Part shown: one piece after another, positions 1 through 13,701 of the stretch | How the letters are laid out: the number at the start of each line of letters is the position of its first letter | Position numbering within the stretch: the first letter of the stretch is position 1 | Assembly: GCA_964016885.1 (NCBI GenBank) | Contig: CAXHJY010000746.1 | Coordinates: 62,001 to 126,000, forward strand | DNA: 64,000 nt | Origin: Eledone cirrhosa | Lineage: Eukaryota | Reading direction: 5' to 3' | Notes under the pieces: model-generated | What the model saw: only the letters and a program-made list of their open reading frames with translations | The model's database searches: none | Told to the model about the DNA's origin: nothing | Position numbers and translations under genes: made by a program

Positions 1-27
1 GTGTGTATATATATATATATATATGTC

Positions 28-60
<33 letters not shown>

Positions 61-343
61 GTGTATATGTATGTATATATGTATATTTATTTGTATGTAT
101 AATTATATTCATACATGCATACCTATATATATATGTATGTATATATATGTATATATACATATGTATACATACATACACACACATACACACATATATATAT
201 ATATATATATGTGTGTGTATGTATGTATATACATGTATATATACATATATATACACATCTAAATTAAAATTTTACATTCCATGGTCAAACTGAACAAATT
301 CCTTTTTAGGGGTTTTTGGGGGTTTCAACATTAAACTGGGTCC

Positions 344-552
344 GACTACTACTACTACCACTACTACCACTACTACTACTACTACTACCACTATTACTAC
401 TACTACTATTACTACTACCACTACTACTACTACTACTGTTACTACTACTACTACCACCACTATTACTACTACTACTACTACTATTACTACTACCACTACT
501 ACTACTACTACCACCAACACTGCAACTACCACTACTACTACTACTACTACTA
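344..552. repeat. (ACT)n/(ACC) trinucleotide microsatellite
   Basis: Direct inspection. Confidence 0.95.
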
Positions 553-1121
553 TATTGTGATGCCAATGTTGGCTCTTGTGGCAAATAAAGATTATTATTA
601 TTATTATTATTATTATTATTTGTGCTGTTGTTCACTTATTAACTTTGTTTATTGTGTTACGTCCCTTTACGCTCTGAGTTCAAATCCCGCCGAGGTTAAC
701 TTTGCCTTTTATCACCGGGAAAGCCTTCATGGAACTGGACCTGTCATCACCAGTTCCCACCGTTTCTCCGACGAACTCGCCAACAACTTCCCCGACTCAC
801 TGGGAAAGTATCATGCGAATTTCACATCGACTTCAACGCCACACGCCAAGATATACTTATCTTAGCCTCACACACACACACACACACCTCCATTGTGGAG
901 GTGCCACGGCAAAATAGCACCCAGCCCACACTGTAAAGTGGACGTGTAGGCGCCACGAAAAAGCACCCAGCACTCACTGTAAATGAGGTTGGTGTTAGGA
1001 AGGGCATCCAGCTGTAGAAATCAAGCCAAATCAGTTCCTATCTTAGCCTGACACACACACACACACACACCTTCATTGTTTGATCCTTAGCTTTCTCATT
1101 CACAGAAAAGGGGTTACTATA

Positions 1122-1290
1122 TGACAGCTGCATAAAAAGGTGCAGAGCACTAGAAGTCGATGGAAAGCGTGGAGTGGGGAGACCCAAGATGACCTGGGAT
1201 GAGGTGACAAAAGCCGACCTTACCCAATTACACCTCTCAAATGCGATGACACACGACCGTGACCACTGGCGTCATGCAGTAATACAAGCT
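1122..1290 (+). mobile_element. RTE-clade LINE 3' fragment
   Basis: Translates to DSCIKRCRALEVDGKRGVGRPKMTWDEVTKADL...HDRDHWRHAV, matching the RTE ORF C-terminal GxRxxGRPxxTW...DRxxWR motif. Confidence 0.75.
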
Positions 1291-1324
1291 ATGGGTACAA
1301 GCTGAGCATATAGACAATATGCCC

Positions 1325-1570
1325 CCACACCCCCCACCGTAAAGTGGACGTGTAGGCGCCACGAAAAAGCACCCAGCACTCACTGTAGATGAGGTTGGTG
1401 TTAGGAAGGGCATCCAGCTGTAGAAATCAAGCCAGAATCAGTTCCTGTATGAGCAAGGCATGGTCAGCCGACCAGACACTGCCCACAACAGGACAACCCG
1501 TCTAACCCATGCTAGCGTGGAAGAACGGACGTAAAACGGTGATGATGATGATGATGATGATGATGATGAC
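1325..1570 (+). mobile_element. 3' portion and tail of SINE family A ending in (GAT)n; a similar piece lies at 890-1040
   Basis: gttaggaagggcatccagctgtagaaa...ggacgtaaaacggtgatgatg is shared with the full copies. Confidence 0.8.
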
Positions 1571-2367
1571 TCCTACGTTTAACTGGCGAAGATTCAAAAC
1601 CGAATCTGGGACAATCCATCGTTGGAAGTTCTCACCATTGTCCTGTCAAGACAACATCATCGTCCAGTTTTTGATAATGCAGGACACAATTAACCCCTAA
1701 GTAGGGGGTGGACCCTGCCTGACAGCGCTCCTTAGCATCCCACTTCATGTGTTTCTGTCCACCGGTCTCACGTGGGGCCAGGCTAAGCCTAGCTTGATCC
1801 CAACAAACATCCAAGTCCTTTTTGGTCTTCCTGGGCCTTTGCTGCCTCGTACATTCCATTTGACCTGTGACCTCAACCTCTTGGGAGCCAATAACCACAG
1901 GGCTGACCATAAAGCAACCCCATGTGTCCATCCTTCTAGCTTTAGCACTTATTATAAATACAGGGAGTTAAGGAACCAAAAGGTCAGACATGAAGTGGCA
2001 GTCAACAAGATAACGATGTCACATCAGTAGACCCTTCACTCTATCTTTCTCCTGGCCCTTACTGGCTTACCTCCTTGACCACCAAAACAGCCAGCCAGAC
2101 ATGCCTGCCTGATTGACCTCTACTGCAAAGACAGTAACGTATACTAAGAATAGACACACACACATACATAGTAAGTTCATATTGTTATATTATACTTGTT
2201 TCTACTTTAGGCACAAGGCCAGCAATTACCTCATCCTATTCTTCCTGCCATATTGTATCTGCAAGACACAACACAACTTATATACTGTATTGTATTCTTT
2301 GATACATGCATTCACGTAGCTCCAAGAGCTTCCAATTTAATGTACGGATATATTCATCATCATCATC

Positions 2368-2603
2368 ATGGCAACTGACTTGGTAAACACCCACAAAATT
2401 GTTAACCATGTTGCCAACAACAACCCTGAGTACCTTTTTGATTTCCATGTGTCTAACACACGTGGACATGCCCACAAAGTAAGAAAACAGCACAGCTCCC
2501 ATGACTTTCGGAAACATTTTTTCACGCTCAGAGTTGCTGAAGCATGGAACAAACTACCTGCATCAGTTGTTAGCTGTCGAGACACTGCATCCTTTAAAAC
2601 CTC
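2368..2603 (+). mobile_element. CR1-like LINE ORF2 C-terminal fragment
   Basis: NTRGHAHKVRK...RKHFFTLRVAEAWNKLPASVV matches the CR1/L2 TRGH...FFxxRV..WNxLP motif. Confidence 0.85.
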
Positions 2604-3700
2604 CATGGAACAAACTCCCTGCATCAGTTGTTAGCTGTCGAGACACTGCATCCTTTAAAACCTCCATGGAACAAACTACCTGCATCAGTTGTTAGCTGTC
2701 GAGACACTGCATCCTTTAAAACCTCCATGGAACAAACTCCCTGCATCAGTTGTTAGCTGTTGAGACACTGCATCCTTTAAAACCTCCATGGAAAAAAATA
2801 CCTGCATCAGTTGTTAGCTGTCGAGACACTGCATCCTTTAAAACCTCCATGGAACAAACTACCTGCATCAGTTGTTAGCTGTCGAGACACTGCATCCTTT
2901 AAAACCTCCATGGAACAAACTCCCTGCATCAGTTGTTAGCTGTCGAGACACTGCATCCTTTAAAACCTCCATGGAACAAACTACCTGCATCAGTTGTTAG
3001 CTGTCGAGACACTGCATCCTTTAAAACCTCCATGGAACAAACTCCCTGCATCAGTTGTTAGCTGTTGAGACACTGCATCCTTTAAAACCTTCATGGAACA
3101 AACTACCTGCATCAGTTGTTAGCTGTCGAGACACTGCATCCTTTAAAACCTTCATGGAACAAACTACCTGCATCAGTTGTTAGCTGTTGAGACACTGCAT
3201 CCTTTAAAACCTCCATGGAACAAACTACCAGCATCAGTTGTTAGCTGTCGAGACTCTGCATCCTTTAAAACCTCCATGGAAAAAAATACCTGCATCAGTT
3301 GTTAGCTGTCGAGACACTGCATCCTTTAAAACCTCCATGGAACAAACTACCTGCATCAGTTGTTAGCTGTCGAGACACTGCATCCTTTAAAACCTCCATG
3401 GAACAAACTACCTGCATCAGTTGTTAGCTGTCGAGACACTGCATCCTTTAAAACCTCCATGGAACAAACTACCTGCATCAGTTGTTAGCTGTCGAGACAC
3501 TGCATCCTTTAAAACCTTCATGGAACAAACTACCTGCATCAGTTGTCAGCTGTCGAGACACTGCATCCTTTAAAACCTTCATGGAACAAACTACCTGCAT
3601 CAGTTGTTAGCTGTCGAGACACTGCATCCTTTAAAACCTTCATGGAACAAACTACCTGCATCAGTTGTTAGCTGTCGAGACACTGCATCCTTTAAAACCT
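2543..3700. repeat. 61-bp minisatellite, about 19 copies, derived from the CR1 end
   Basis: Unit catggaacaaactacctgcatcagttgttagctgtcgagacactgcatcctttaaaacctc. Confidence 0.95.
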
Positions 3701-3991
3701 AACACCAACCTCATTTTACAGCGAGTGCTGGGTGCTTTTTTTTGCTGTGGCACCTCCACGACCACTTTACAGTGTGGGCTGGGTGCCTTTTTGCCGTGGC
3801 ACCTCCACGACCACTTTACAGTGGAATAATAGGGACCCCAGTCCCTATCATCTCATTTCTACAGCTGAGTAAACTGGAGCAATGTGAATTAAAGTGTCTT
3901 GCTCAAGGAAACAACACATCACCCGGTCTGAGAATTGAACTCCCAACCTTTCGATTGCAAGGCCAATGCTCTAACCACTAAGCCATGTGCC
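3701..3991 (-). mobile_element. tRNA-derived SINE family A (2 internal units, tail truncated)
   Basis: Pol III A box TGGCTTAGTGG and B box GAGTTCAATTCTC, followed by a CORE-like ccttgagcaagacacttta segment. Confidence 0.85.
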
Positions 3992-4026
3992 ACATATATA
4001 TACATATATATACATATACATACATA

Positions 4027-4069
<43 letters not shown>

Positions 4070-4138
4070 GTGTACATATATAAATAGAAACAACAACAAC
4101 AACAACAACAAACAAGGCAATGCTATTTCAAAAATCAG

Positions 4139-4144
4139 TTTATT
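4139..4144 (-). terminator. Putative polyadenylation signal AATAAA of the EPDR gene
   Basis: tttatt on the + strand, about 60 nt past the stop codon. Confidence 0.6.
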
Positions 4145-4205
4145 TTCATGAAGTTCTCTGCCGTTCTTTCTTTCCCTTCAACCAGATGGTCAGCAGTGGT
4201 GGGCC

Positions 4206-4271
4206 TTAATGGAAGGTTTTGAGCAAATTTGGTAGGAATCCAATTGCGTGGGGAAGCTCAGTTGGTGCCAT
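4206..4271 (-). CDS. EPDR terminal coding exon ([21 protein letters not shown])
   Basis: ttgacag acceptor, TAA stop, AATAAA about 60 nt downstream. Confidence 0.75.
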   Translation of the reverse strand: MAPTELPHAIGFLPNLLKTFH

Positions 4272-4561
4272 CTGTCAATGAGAGAATGAAAGAATAAATT
4301 TGGTGCTAGGTAGGTTGTCTCACCAAGCTTATATACATGTGTATATATACATATATATATAGAGAGAGAAAGAGAGAGGTATATATATTTATACTTAGAT
4401 ATTTATATATATATGTATATACAGATATATATATTTATATTTACACACACACATATATATATATAAGCAAAAGAGATATTCAGCTTGTATATATGTATAT
4501 ATAGGTGCATATATATATATATGTGTGTGTGGATATATGTATGTGTATATATATATATATA

Positions 4562-4614
<53 letters not shown>

Positions 4615-4960
4615 ATATATATATGTGTATATATATATATATATGTGTGTGTATATATATATATATGTGTATATATATATATATATGTGTGTGTATATAT
4701 ATATATATGTGTATATATATATATATATGTGTGTGTATATATATATATATATGTGTATATATATATATATATGTGTGTGTATATATATATATATATGTGT
4801 ATATATATATATGTGTATATATATATATATATATACATATATGTGTGTATATATATGTGTGTGTATATATATATATATATGTGTGTATATATATATATGT
4901 GTATATATGTATATATATATATAGAGAGAGAGAAATATATGTGTATATATATAGAGAGAA

Positions 4961-4993
<33 letters not shown>

Positions 4994-5816
4994 AATATAT
5001 ACTTATATACATATATATATATACACATACACATACACACACATACATATATATAGACACACACAAGCTCTTTGTAACTCGATTTCAAGCAATGCTATCG
5101 CTAGACAACAACAACAATAGTGGAATCTCCTTACCAGTGGTTTCTTCAGGCACAATTCTGGGATAACAAAGACAGAGGGGTCTGCCACAGAGAGTTCAAG
5201 GTTCATAATTTGGACAATAGTTCCATCTTCAGCTGAAATACATACAACGTTATATTACATTACCTTTACATACATCATCATCATCATTTCATTTTACGTC
5301 CGCTTTTTCCCTGCTTGCAAGGGTGGGACGGGAACTGATGCTGGCTTGATTTCTACAGCTGGATGCCCTTCCTAACACCAACCTCATTTACAGTGAGTGC
5401 TGAGTGCTTTTTTGCCGTGGCGCCTCCACGACCACTTTGCAGCGAGTGCTGGGTGCTTTTTTGCCGTGGCACCTCCACGACCACTTTACAGTGAGTGCTG
5501 GGTGCTTTTTTGCCGTGGCACCTCCACGACCACTTTGCAGCGAGTGCTGGGTGCTTTTTTTGCCGTGGCACCTCCACGATCACTTTACAGTGAGTGCTGG
5601 GTGCTTTTTTGCCGTGGCACCTCCACGACCACTTTGCAGTGGAATAATAGGGACCCCAGTCCCTATCATCTCATTTCTACAGCTGAGTAAACTGGAGCAA
5701 TGTGAAATAAAGTGTCTTGCTCAAGGAAACAACACATAATCCCGGTCTGAGAATTGAACTCACAACCTTTCGATTGCAAGGCCAATGCTCTAACCACTAA
5801 GCCATGTGCCTCCATG

Positions 5817-5854
<38 letters not shown>

Positions 5855-8800
5855 AGTATGTACACGTACATACATATATGTATACCGACGTACAGTAGTA
5901 TGTATATATATATATATACATACATGCACACATATATATATATGCACGTATGGATTCACCGAACATTTATTATAATGCTCGGTGTGTTTGTAAACAAACA
6001 TCCCGTATTAAGCCGTAGTGTCTAGCAACCACCGTTGCTCGTTTGTTCAACACTGTACCAGTACAGTGTTCCTTTGTCAGTGTTGAACAAACGAGCAACT
6101 GTGGTTGCTAGACACTACGGCTTAATACGGGATGTTTGTTTACAAACACACCGAGCATTATAATAAATGTTCGGTGAATCCATACGTGAATATATATATG
6201 TGTGCATGTATGTATATATATATATACATACTACTGTATGTCTATATACATATATGTATGTACGTGTACATACTTATATTTAAGTAACAGCCGTACTAAG
6301 AGTGGGAAATGAAATATCGTTTCATTTTTTCCGTTTATATATATATGGCTTAGTGGTTAGAGCATTGGCCTTGCAATCGCTAAAATTTTAGCGATATATA
6401 AGGTATAAGGTATAAGGTCTATACTCACAAGTGCTGTTCTTTCCATAAAAGACCTCCTGGATGGGATAACAGTGGTGTGCAGAGACAGTTAAATGTCTGA
6501 TTCCATGGTAAATCTTGTGTGAATAGGTTTCAACTTCAATATCTTCATGGGGCCCACCTATGGCCAGATCCCGTTCGAAATGGGCTCCCTCTGTAAGGCA
6601 AACATGAGGGAAAATAGTCAGGTGTGTATATATATATATATAGGTGTAGGTTGATATATATATATGTGTGTGTGTGTAGGTATGTGCATGTATATTTGTG
6701 TGTATATATATATAATATATACATATATATATATATATGTGTGTATATATATATAATATATACATATATATATATATGTGTGTATATATATATAATATAT
6801 ACATATATATATATATATGTGTGTGTGTATATACACACATATATATACCTGTGTGCGTGTATGTGTCACTTACTTGGTATACAATGAGGGAGATCACTTT
6901 CTTGTAACCAAGAAACATCTAGTTTTATTTTCCTGCAGTCCCCATCACTCATCTCATAGATGATACCCTGGTAGAGAGATTGAGAGGGATTAGGAGCCAT
7001 TAGAAAGTTTAGGGGGCAATTGAATGTTTAGGGATTAGGGACCGATTGAGTTTTTAAAGTTCACTAGTCTTTGTAGGGGTCAGTCTCTGTCACTCATGTC
7101 ATAGATTCAATATTATGTAAGGTAAAGCCTTTACTGTGACAATACAATAGTATATATAGAGTAATGTAGATGTTATGTGAGGTATTATGTGAGGTAAAGC
7201 CTTTACTGTGACAATACAATAGTATATATAGAGTAATGTAAATGTTATGTGAGATATTATGTGAGGTAAAGCCTTTACTGTGACAATACAATAGTATATA
7301 TAGAGTAATGTAAATGTTATGTGAGATATTATGTGAGGTAAAGCCTTTACTGTGACAATACAATAGTATATATAGAGTAATGTAAATGTTATGTGAGATA
7401 TTATGTGAGGTAAAGCCTTTACTGTGACAATACAATAGTATATATAGAGTAATGTAAATGTTATGTGAGATATTATGTGAGGTAAAGCCTTTACTGTGAC
7501 AATACAATAGTATATATATAGAAATGTAAATGTTATGAGGTATTATGTGTGGTAAAGCCTTTACTGTGACAATACAACAGTATATATAGAGTAATGTAAA
7601 TGTTATGTGAGGTAAAGCCTTTACTGTGACAATACAATAGTATATATAGAGTAATGTAGATGTTATGTGAGGTAAAGCCTTTACTGTGACAATACAATAG
7701 TATATATAGAGTAATGTAAATGTTATGTGAGGTATTATGTGAGGTAAAGCCTTTACTGTGACAATACAATAGTATATATAGAGTAATGTAAATGTTATGT
7801 GAGGTAAAGCCTTTACTGTGACAATACAATAGTATATATAGAGTAATGTAGATGTTATGTGAGGTAAAGCCTTTACTGTGACAATACAATAGTATATATA
7901 GAGTAATGTAAATGTTATGTGAGGTAAAGCCTTTACTGTGACAATACAATAGTATATATAGAGTAATGTAAATGTTATGTGAGGTAAAGCCTTTACTGTG
8001 ACAATACAATAGTATATATAGAGTAATGTAAATGTTATGTGAGATATTATGTGAGGTAAAGCCTTTACTGTGACAATACAATAGTATATATAGAGTAATG
8101 TAAATGTTATGTGAGATATTATGTGAGGTAAAGCCTTTACTGTGATAATACAATAGTATATATAGAGTAATGTAAATGTTATGTGAGGTAAAGCCTTTAC
8201 TGTGACAATACAATAGTATATATAGAGTAATGTAAATGTTATGTGAGGTAAAGCCTTTACTGTGACAATACAATAGTATATATAGAGTAATGTAAATGTT
8301 ATGTGAGATATTATGTAAGGTAAAGCCTTTACTGTGACAATACAATAGTATATATAGAGTAATGTAAATGTTATGTGAGATATTATGTGAGGTAAAGCCT
8401 TTACTGTGACAATACAATAGTATATATAGAGTAATGTAAATGTTATGTGAGGTATTATGTGAGGTAAAGCCTTTACTGTGACAATACAATAGTATATATA
8501 GAGTAATGTAAATGTTATGTGAGGTAAAGCCTTTACTGTGACAATACAATAGTATATATAGAGTAATGTAAATGTTATGTGAGGTAAAGCCTTTACTGTG
8601 ACAATACAATAGTATATATAGAGTAATGTAAATGTTATGTGAGGTAAAGCCTTTACTGTGACAATACAATAGTATATATAGAGTAATGTAAATGTTATGT
8701 GAGATATTATGTAAGGTAAAGCCTTTACTGTGACAATACAATAGTATATATAGAGTAATGTAAATGTTATGTGAGATATTATGTGAGGTAAAGCCTTTAC

Positions 8801-9978
8801 TGTGACAATACAATAGAATATATAGAGTAATGTAAATGTTATGTGAGGTAAAGCCTTTACTGTGACAATACAATAGTATATATAGAGTAATGTAAATGTT
8901 ATGTGAGATATTATGTGAGGTAAAGCCTTTACTGTGACAATACAATAGTATATATAGAGTAATGTAAATGTTATGTGAGGTATTATGTGAGGTAAAGCCT
9001 TTACTGAGACAATACAATAGTATATATAGAGTAATGTAGATGTGAAAGGGTTAATCTATTCACTGATTTGACAAAAATGATGGCTCGTCAGAATGATGAT
9101 GATGATGGTGATGTGGTGGCATTAATCCGTTAAAGCTACTTACTGCTTTAATATCAATGTGGTTACTGGTCAGAGAGAAAGTATCGGGGAATTCATCGTT
9201 GCTGATGTTAATAAACGAAGCATGGATTCCTAATGAGGAGTTGTAATACATCTCACCTTCACCCTGTTGAAAGAGACACAACAATATAAGTACATGTAGA
9301 CAGAGGCTGTGTGGAAGACCGATATGTATTTATATATATATGTGTGTGTGTGCATATGTATATATATATATGTGTGTGTATGCATATGTATATATGTGTG
9401 TGTGTGCATATGTATATATGTGTGTGTGTGTATATGTATATATGTGTATGTATATATATATATATACATACATGTGTGTGTATGTATATATATGTGTGTG
9501 TGTGTGCATATGTATATATGTGTGTGTGTGTGCATATGTATATATGTGTGTGTGTGTATATGTATATATGTGTATGTATATATATATATACATACATGTG
9601 TGTGTATGTATATATATGTGTGTGTGTGCATATGTATATATGTGTGTGTGTGTGCATATGTATATATGTGTGTGTGTATATGTATATATGTGTATGTATA
9701 TATATATATATATATATATACATACATGTGTGTGTATGTATATATATGTGTGTGTGTGCATATGTATATATGTGTGTGTGTGTGCATATGTATATATGTG
9801 TGTGTGTATATGTATATATGTGTATGTATATATATATATATATATACATATATACATGTGTGTGTATGTATATATATGTGTGTGTGTGTGCATATGTATA
9901 TATGTGTGTGTGTGTGCATATTTATATATGTGTGTGTGTGCATATGTATATATATGTGTGTGTGTATGTATATATGTG

Positions 9979-10019
<41 letters not shown>

Positions 10020-10170
10020 GTGTGTGTATGTATATATGTGTGTGTGTGTAGGTATGTATACATCTATGTATGTTTGTGTGTATATATATATACATGCGTA
10101 CGTATGTATACATTTTTTGGGACACCCTATATATACATATATATATATATAATATATATATATGATTGAT

Positions 10171-10205
<35 letters not shown>

Positions 10206-10229
10206 ATATATATACATATACATTGATAT

Positions 10230-10273
<44 letters not shown>

Positions 10274-10404
10274 CTACATACCTTGAAGAAATGTCCATCC
10301 TTATATATATGTATGAAAGTTTCAGCTGTGTAAATCTCAGGTACACAGCAGCTCTTTACAGCCACCACGCAGGCAAATAACAATAATAGACCTTTGTTAA
10401 TCAT
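4206..10404 (-). CDS. Ependymin-related protein (EPDR family), complete spliced CDS, about 220 aa; join(10404..10282,9263..9144,6967..6874,6590..6429,5232..5135,4271..4206)
   Basis: All introns are GT-AG with compatible phases (0,0,1,1,0). The protein has a signal peptide [18 protein letters not shown], then [41 protein letters not shown] and a C-terminal [18 protein letters not shown]. This Cys spacing and the DPSVF..P..C motif are typical of ependymins. Confidence 0.85.
5135..5232 (-). CDS. EPDR coding exon 5 ([33 protein letters not shown])
   Basis: tttcag acceptor, gtaagg donor, 98 nt, phase 1/0; carries the ependymin C-terminal motif. Confidence 0.85.
5274..5812 (-). mobile_element. SINE family A, full length, 5 internal 49-51-bp units
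   Basis: Head (A/B boxes), CORE-like segment, VNTR and (ATG)n tail. Confidence 0.9.
5853..6276. repeat. Long inverted repeat: arms of about 200 bp, 22-nt spacer
   Basis: 5853-6055 is the near-perfect reverse complement of 6078-6276. Confidence 0.95.
6429..6590 (-). CDS. EPDR coding exon 4 ([13 protein letters not shown]...[15 protein letters not shown])
   Basis: ttacag acceptor, gtgagt donor, 162 nt, phase 1/1. Confidence 0.85.
6874..6967 (-). CDS. EPDR coding exon 3 ([13 protein letters not shown]...PHCIP)
   Basis: taccag acceptor, gtaagt donor, 94 nt, phase 0/1. Confidence 0.85.
7107..9042. repeat. 60/72-bp minisatellite in EPDR intron 2
   Basis: Unit gaggtaaagcctttactgtgacaatacaatagtatatatagagtaatgtaaatgttatgt, with or without gagatattatgt. 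Confidence 0.95.
9144..9263 (-). CDS. EPDR coding exon 2 ([10 protein letters not shown]...HIDIKA)
   Basis: caacag acceptor, gtaagt donor, 120 nt, phase 0/0. Confidence 0.8.
10282..10404 (-). CDS. EPDR coding exon 1 (MINKGLLLL...DGHFFK)
   Basis: ATG at 10404; donor AAG|gtatgt. An upstream acceptor ttctccag at 10422-10423 implies an unlocated 5'UTR exon. Confidence 0.85.
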
Positions 10405-10752
10405 CTTTGAGTGTTGGATCTCTGGAGAAATGTGACCAAGTCTAGTGGCTTCTTATATATATACATATATATATACATACACACATATATACACACACAC
10501 ACCTTTTTTGATATATACACACATATATATATATACACATGTATACACACACACAGATACACGTTTACACACACACATATATATATATATATATATGACA
10601 CACATACACCTACATATCTTCTTTAATATATACATATACATACACCCACCCACACATATATATATAGTATATATATACATACACACACACCTTGTTTGAT
10701 ATATAAACACATATATATATACACATGTATACACACACACAGATACATGTTT

Positions 10753-10792
<40 letters not shown>

Positions 10793-10861
10793 GACACACA
10801 TACACCTACATATCTTCTTTAATATATACATATACATACACCCACACATATATATATATAG

Positions 10862-10911
<50 letters not shown>

Positions 10912-11025
10912 ATGTATGTATATATATATATATATACACCCTGTGTCCACCTGTATACATTCCCAGTATTATCAGAACTGCTTTTTATCATCCATCAGGT
11001 CTCACATGTTCCTCTGTATATATAT

Positions 11026-11062
<37 letters not shown>

Positions 11063-11126
11063 CATTACATACATATAAACATATATATACATACATATAT
11101 ATATATACATATATATGTATATATAC

Positions 11127-11171
<45 letters not shown>

Positions 11172-11586
11172 CATATATATATACATATATATACATACAT
11201 ATATATATACATATATATACATACATATATACATATATATACATACATATATATATACATACATACATATATATATACATACATACATATATATATACAT
11301 ACATACATATATATATACATACATACATATATACATACATACATATATATATACATACATACATACATACATATATACATACATACATATATATATACAT
11401 ACATACATATATATATACATACATACATATATATACATATATATGTATATACATATATATATATATACATACATACATATATATATGTATATACATACAT
11501 ACATATATATATGTATATACATACATACATATATATATGTATATACATATATATATATACATACATACATATATATATCTATATAC

Positions 11587-11635
<49 letters not shown>

Positions 11636-11783
11636 CATACATATATATATACATATACATATATATATATACATACATATATATATACATATACATATAT
11701 ATATATACATACATATATATATACATATACATATATATATATACATACATATATATATATACATACATATATATATACATACA

Positions 11784-11815
<32 letters not shown>

Positions 11816-12259
11816 CATACATATATATACATACATATATACATACATACATATATATACATACATACATATATATACATACATACATACATACATATAT
11901 ATACATATATGTATATGAATATATACATACATATATATATACATACATATATATATATGTATATATACATACATATATATATACATACATATATATATAT
12001 GTATATATACATACATATATGTATGTATGTATGTATATATATATATATATATATATGTGTGTATCTATCTATGTGTGTGTGTCAATCTATGTGTGTGTGT
12101 GTGTTGTAATGTGTCAGAACATTTCCTTATCACCGACTCGGTCTCGCACAACGCCCTCACAATCCCAGCCAATTTAAGAACCTTATCAATATTTCAAACA
12201 ACATTTGGTCTGGTTCACAGCCAGCTTATCAAACACACTGAATTTAATACCTACCCTTG

Positions 12260-12797
12260 ACCCGACACCCTGGTGCAGACTGTCACTAACCCCGGCCCTG
12301 CAGCACTTCGGGCCCAAGGGTGTAAACTCTCGAAATATCCTGATTTAGGTGGCTCTCTGACAGGTTTGGCCCTAGGGCTACCTCCCTTCTTACCACCACC
12401 ATCAGTCACAGACCTGGCTACCCCTAGCAGTGGTGACTTCTGGTGTCCTTGGCCCTAGGGCTACCTCCCTACTTACCACCATCAGTCACAGAGTTGGCTA
12501 CCCCTAGCAGTGGAGACTTCTGGTGTCCTTGGCCCTAGGGCTACCTCCCTACTTACCACCATAGGCACAGAGTTAGCTACCCCTAGCAGTGGTGACTTCT
12601 GGGTGTCCTTGGCCCTAGGGCTACCTCCCTACTCACCACCACCATCAGTCACAGAGTTGGCTACCCCTAGCAGTGGAGACTTCTGGTGTCCTTGGCCCTA
12701 GGGCTACCTCCCTACTTACCACCATAGGCACAGAGTTGGCTACCCCTAGCAGTGGAGACTTCTGGTGTCCTTGGCCCTAGGGCTACCTCCCTACTTA
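12260..12797 (+). mobile_element. Degenerate CRE-like (restriction-like endonuclease) non-LTR retrotransposon fragment with an internal repeat of about 79 bp x5
   Basis: PDTLVQTVTNPGPAALRAQGCKLSKYPDL...ETSGVLGPRATSLLTTIG resembles the DT.A..G.AA..AE..K..KY...ET.G..GP.A region of CRE-clade RLE domains (from recall). Confidence 0.55.
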
Positions 12798-12806
12798 CTA
12801 TATATA

Positions 12807-13701
12807 TAGGCACATGGCTTAGTTGTTAGAGCATTGGCCTTGCAATCAAAAGGTTGTGAGTTCAATTCTCAGACCGGGTGATGTGTTGTGTCCTTAAGCA
12901 AGACACTTTATTTCACGCTGCTCTAGTTTACTCAGCTGTAGCAATGAGATGATAGGGACTGGGGTCCCTATCATTCCACTGCAAAGTGGTCGTGGAGGTG
13001 CCACGGCAAAAAAGCACCCAGCACTCACTGTAACGTAGTCGTGGAGGTGCCACGGCAACAAAGCACCCAGCACTCACTGTAAAGTGGTTGTGGAGGTGTC
13101 ACGGCAACAAAGCCCCCAGCACTCACTGTAAAGTGGTTGTGGAGGTGTCACGGCAACAAAGCACCCAGCACTCACTGTAACGTAGTCGTGGAGGTGCCAC
13201 GGCAACAAAGCACCCAGCACTCACTGTAACGTAGTCGTGGAGGTGCCACGGCAACAAAGCACCCAGCACTCACTGTAAAGTGGTTGTGGAGGTGTCACGG
13301 CAACAAAGCACCCAGCACTCACTGTAAAATGGTCGTGGAGGTGTCACGGCAACAAAGCACCCAGCACTCACTGTAAAATGGTCGTGGAGGTGCCACGGCA
13401 ACAAAGCACCCAGCACTCACTGTAACGTAGTCGTGGAGGTGCCACGGCAACAAAGCACCCAGCACTCACAGTAAAGTGGTTGTGGAGGTGTCACGGCAAC
13501 AAAGCACCCAGCACTCACTGTAACGTAGTCGTGGAGGTGCCACGGCAACAAAGCACCCAGCACTCACTGTAAAGTGGTTGTGGAGGTGTCACGGCAACAA
13601 AGCACCCAGCACTCACTGTAAATGAGGTTGGTGTTAGGAAGAGCATCCAGCTGTAGAAATCAAGCCAAAATCAGTTCCCATAAAAGCGGACGTAAAAATG
13701 A
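12807..13701 (+). mobile_element. SINE family A, 13 internal 49-bp units
   Basis: Head at 12807, VNTR 12985-13620, tail ...gcggacgtaaaaatgat. Confidence 0.9.

Noticed and set aside
7094-9017. 494-aa repeated [14 protein letters not shown] resembling zinc fingers
   Set aside because: It lacks C2H2 spacing and is a 60/72-bp intronic minisatellite whose unit lengths are multiples of 3.
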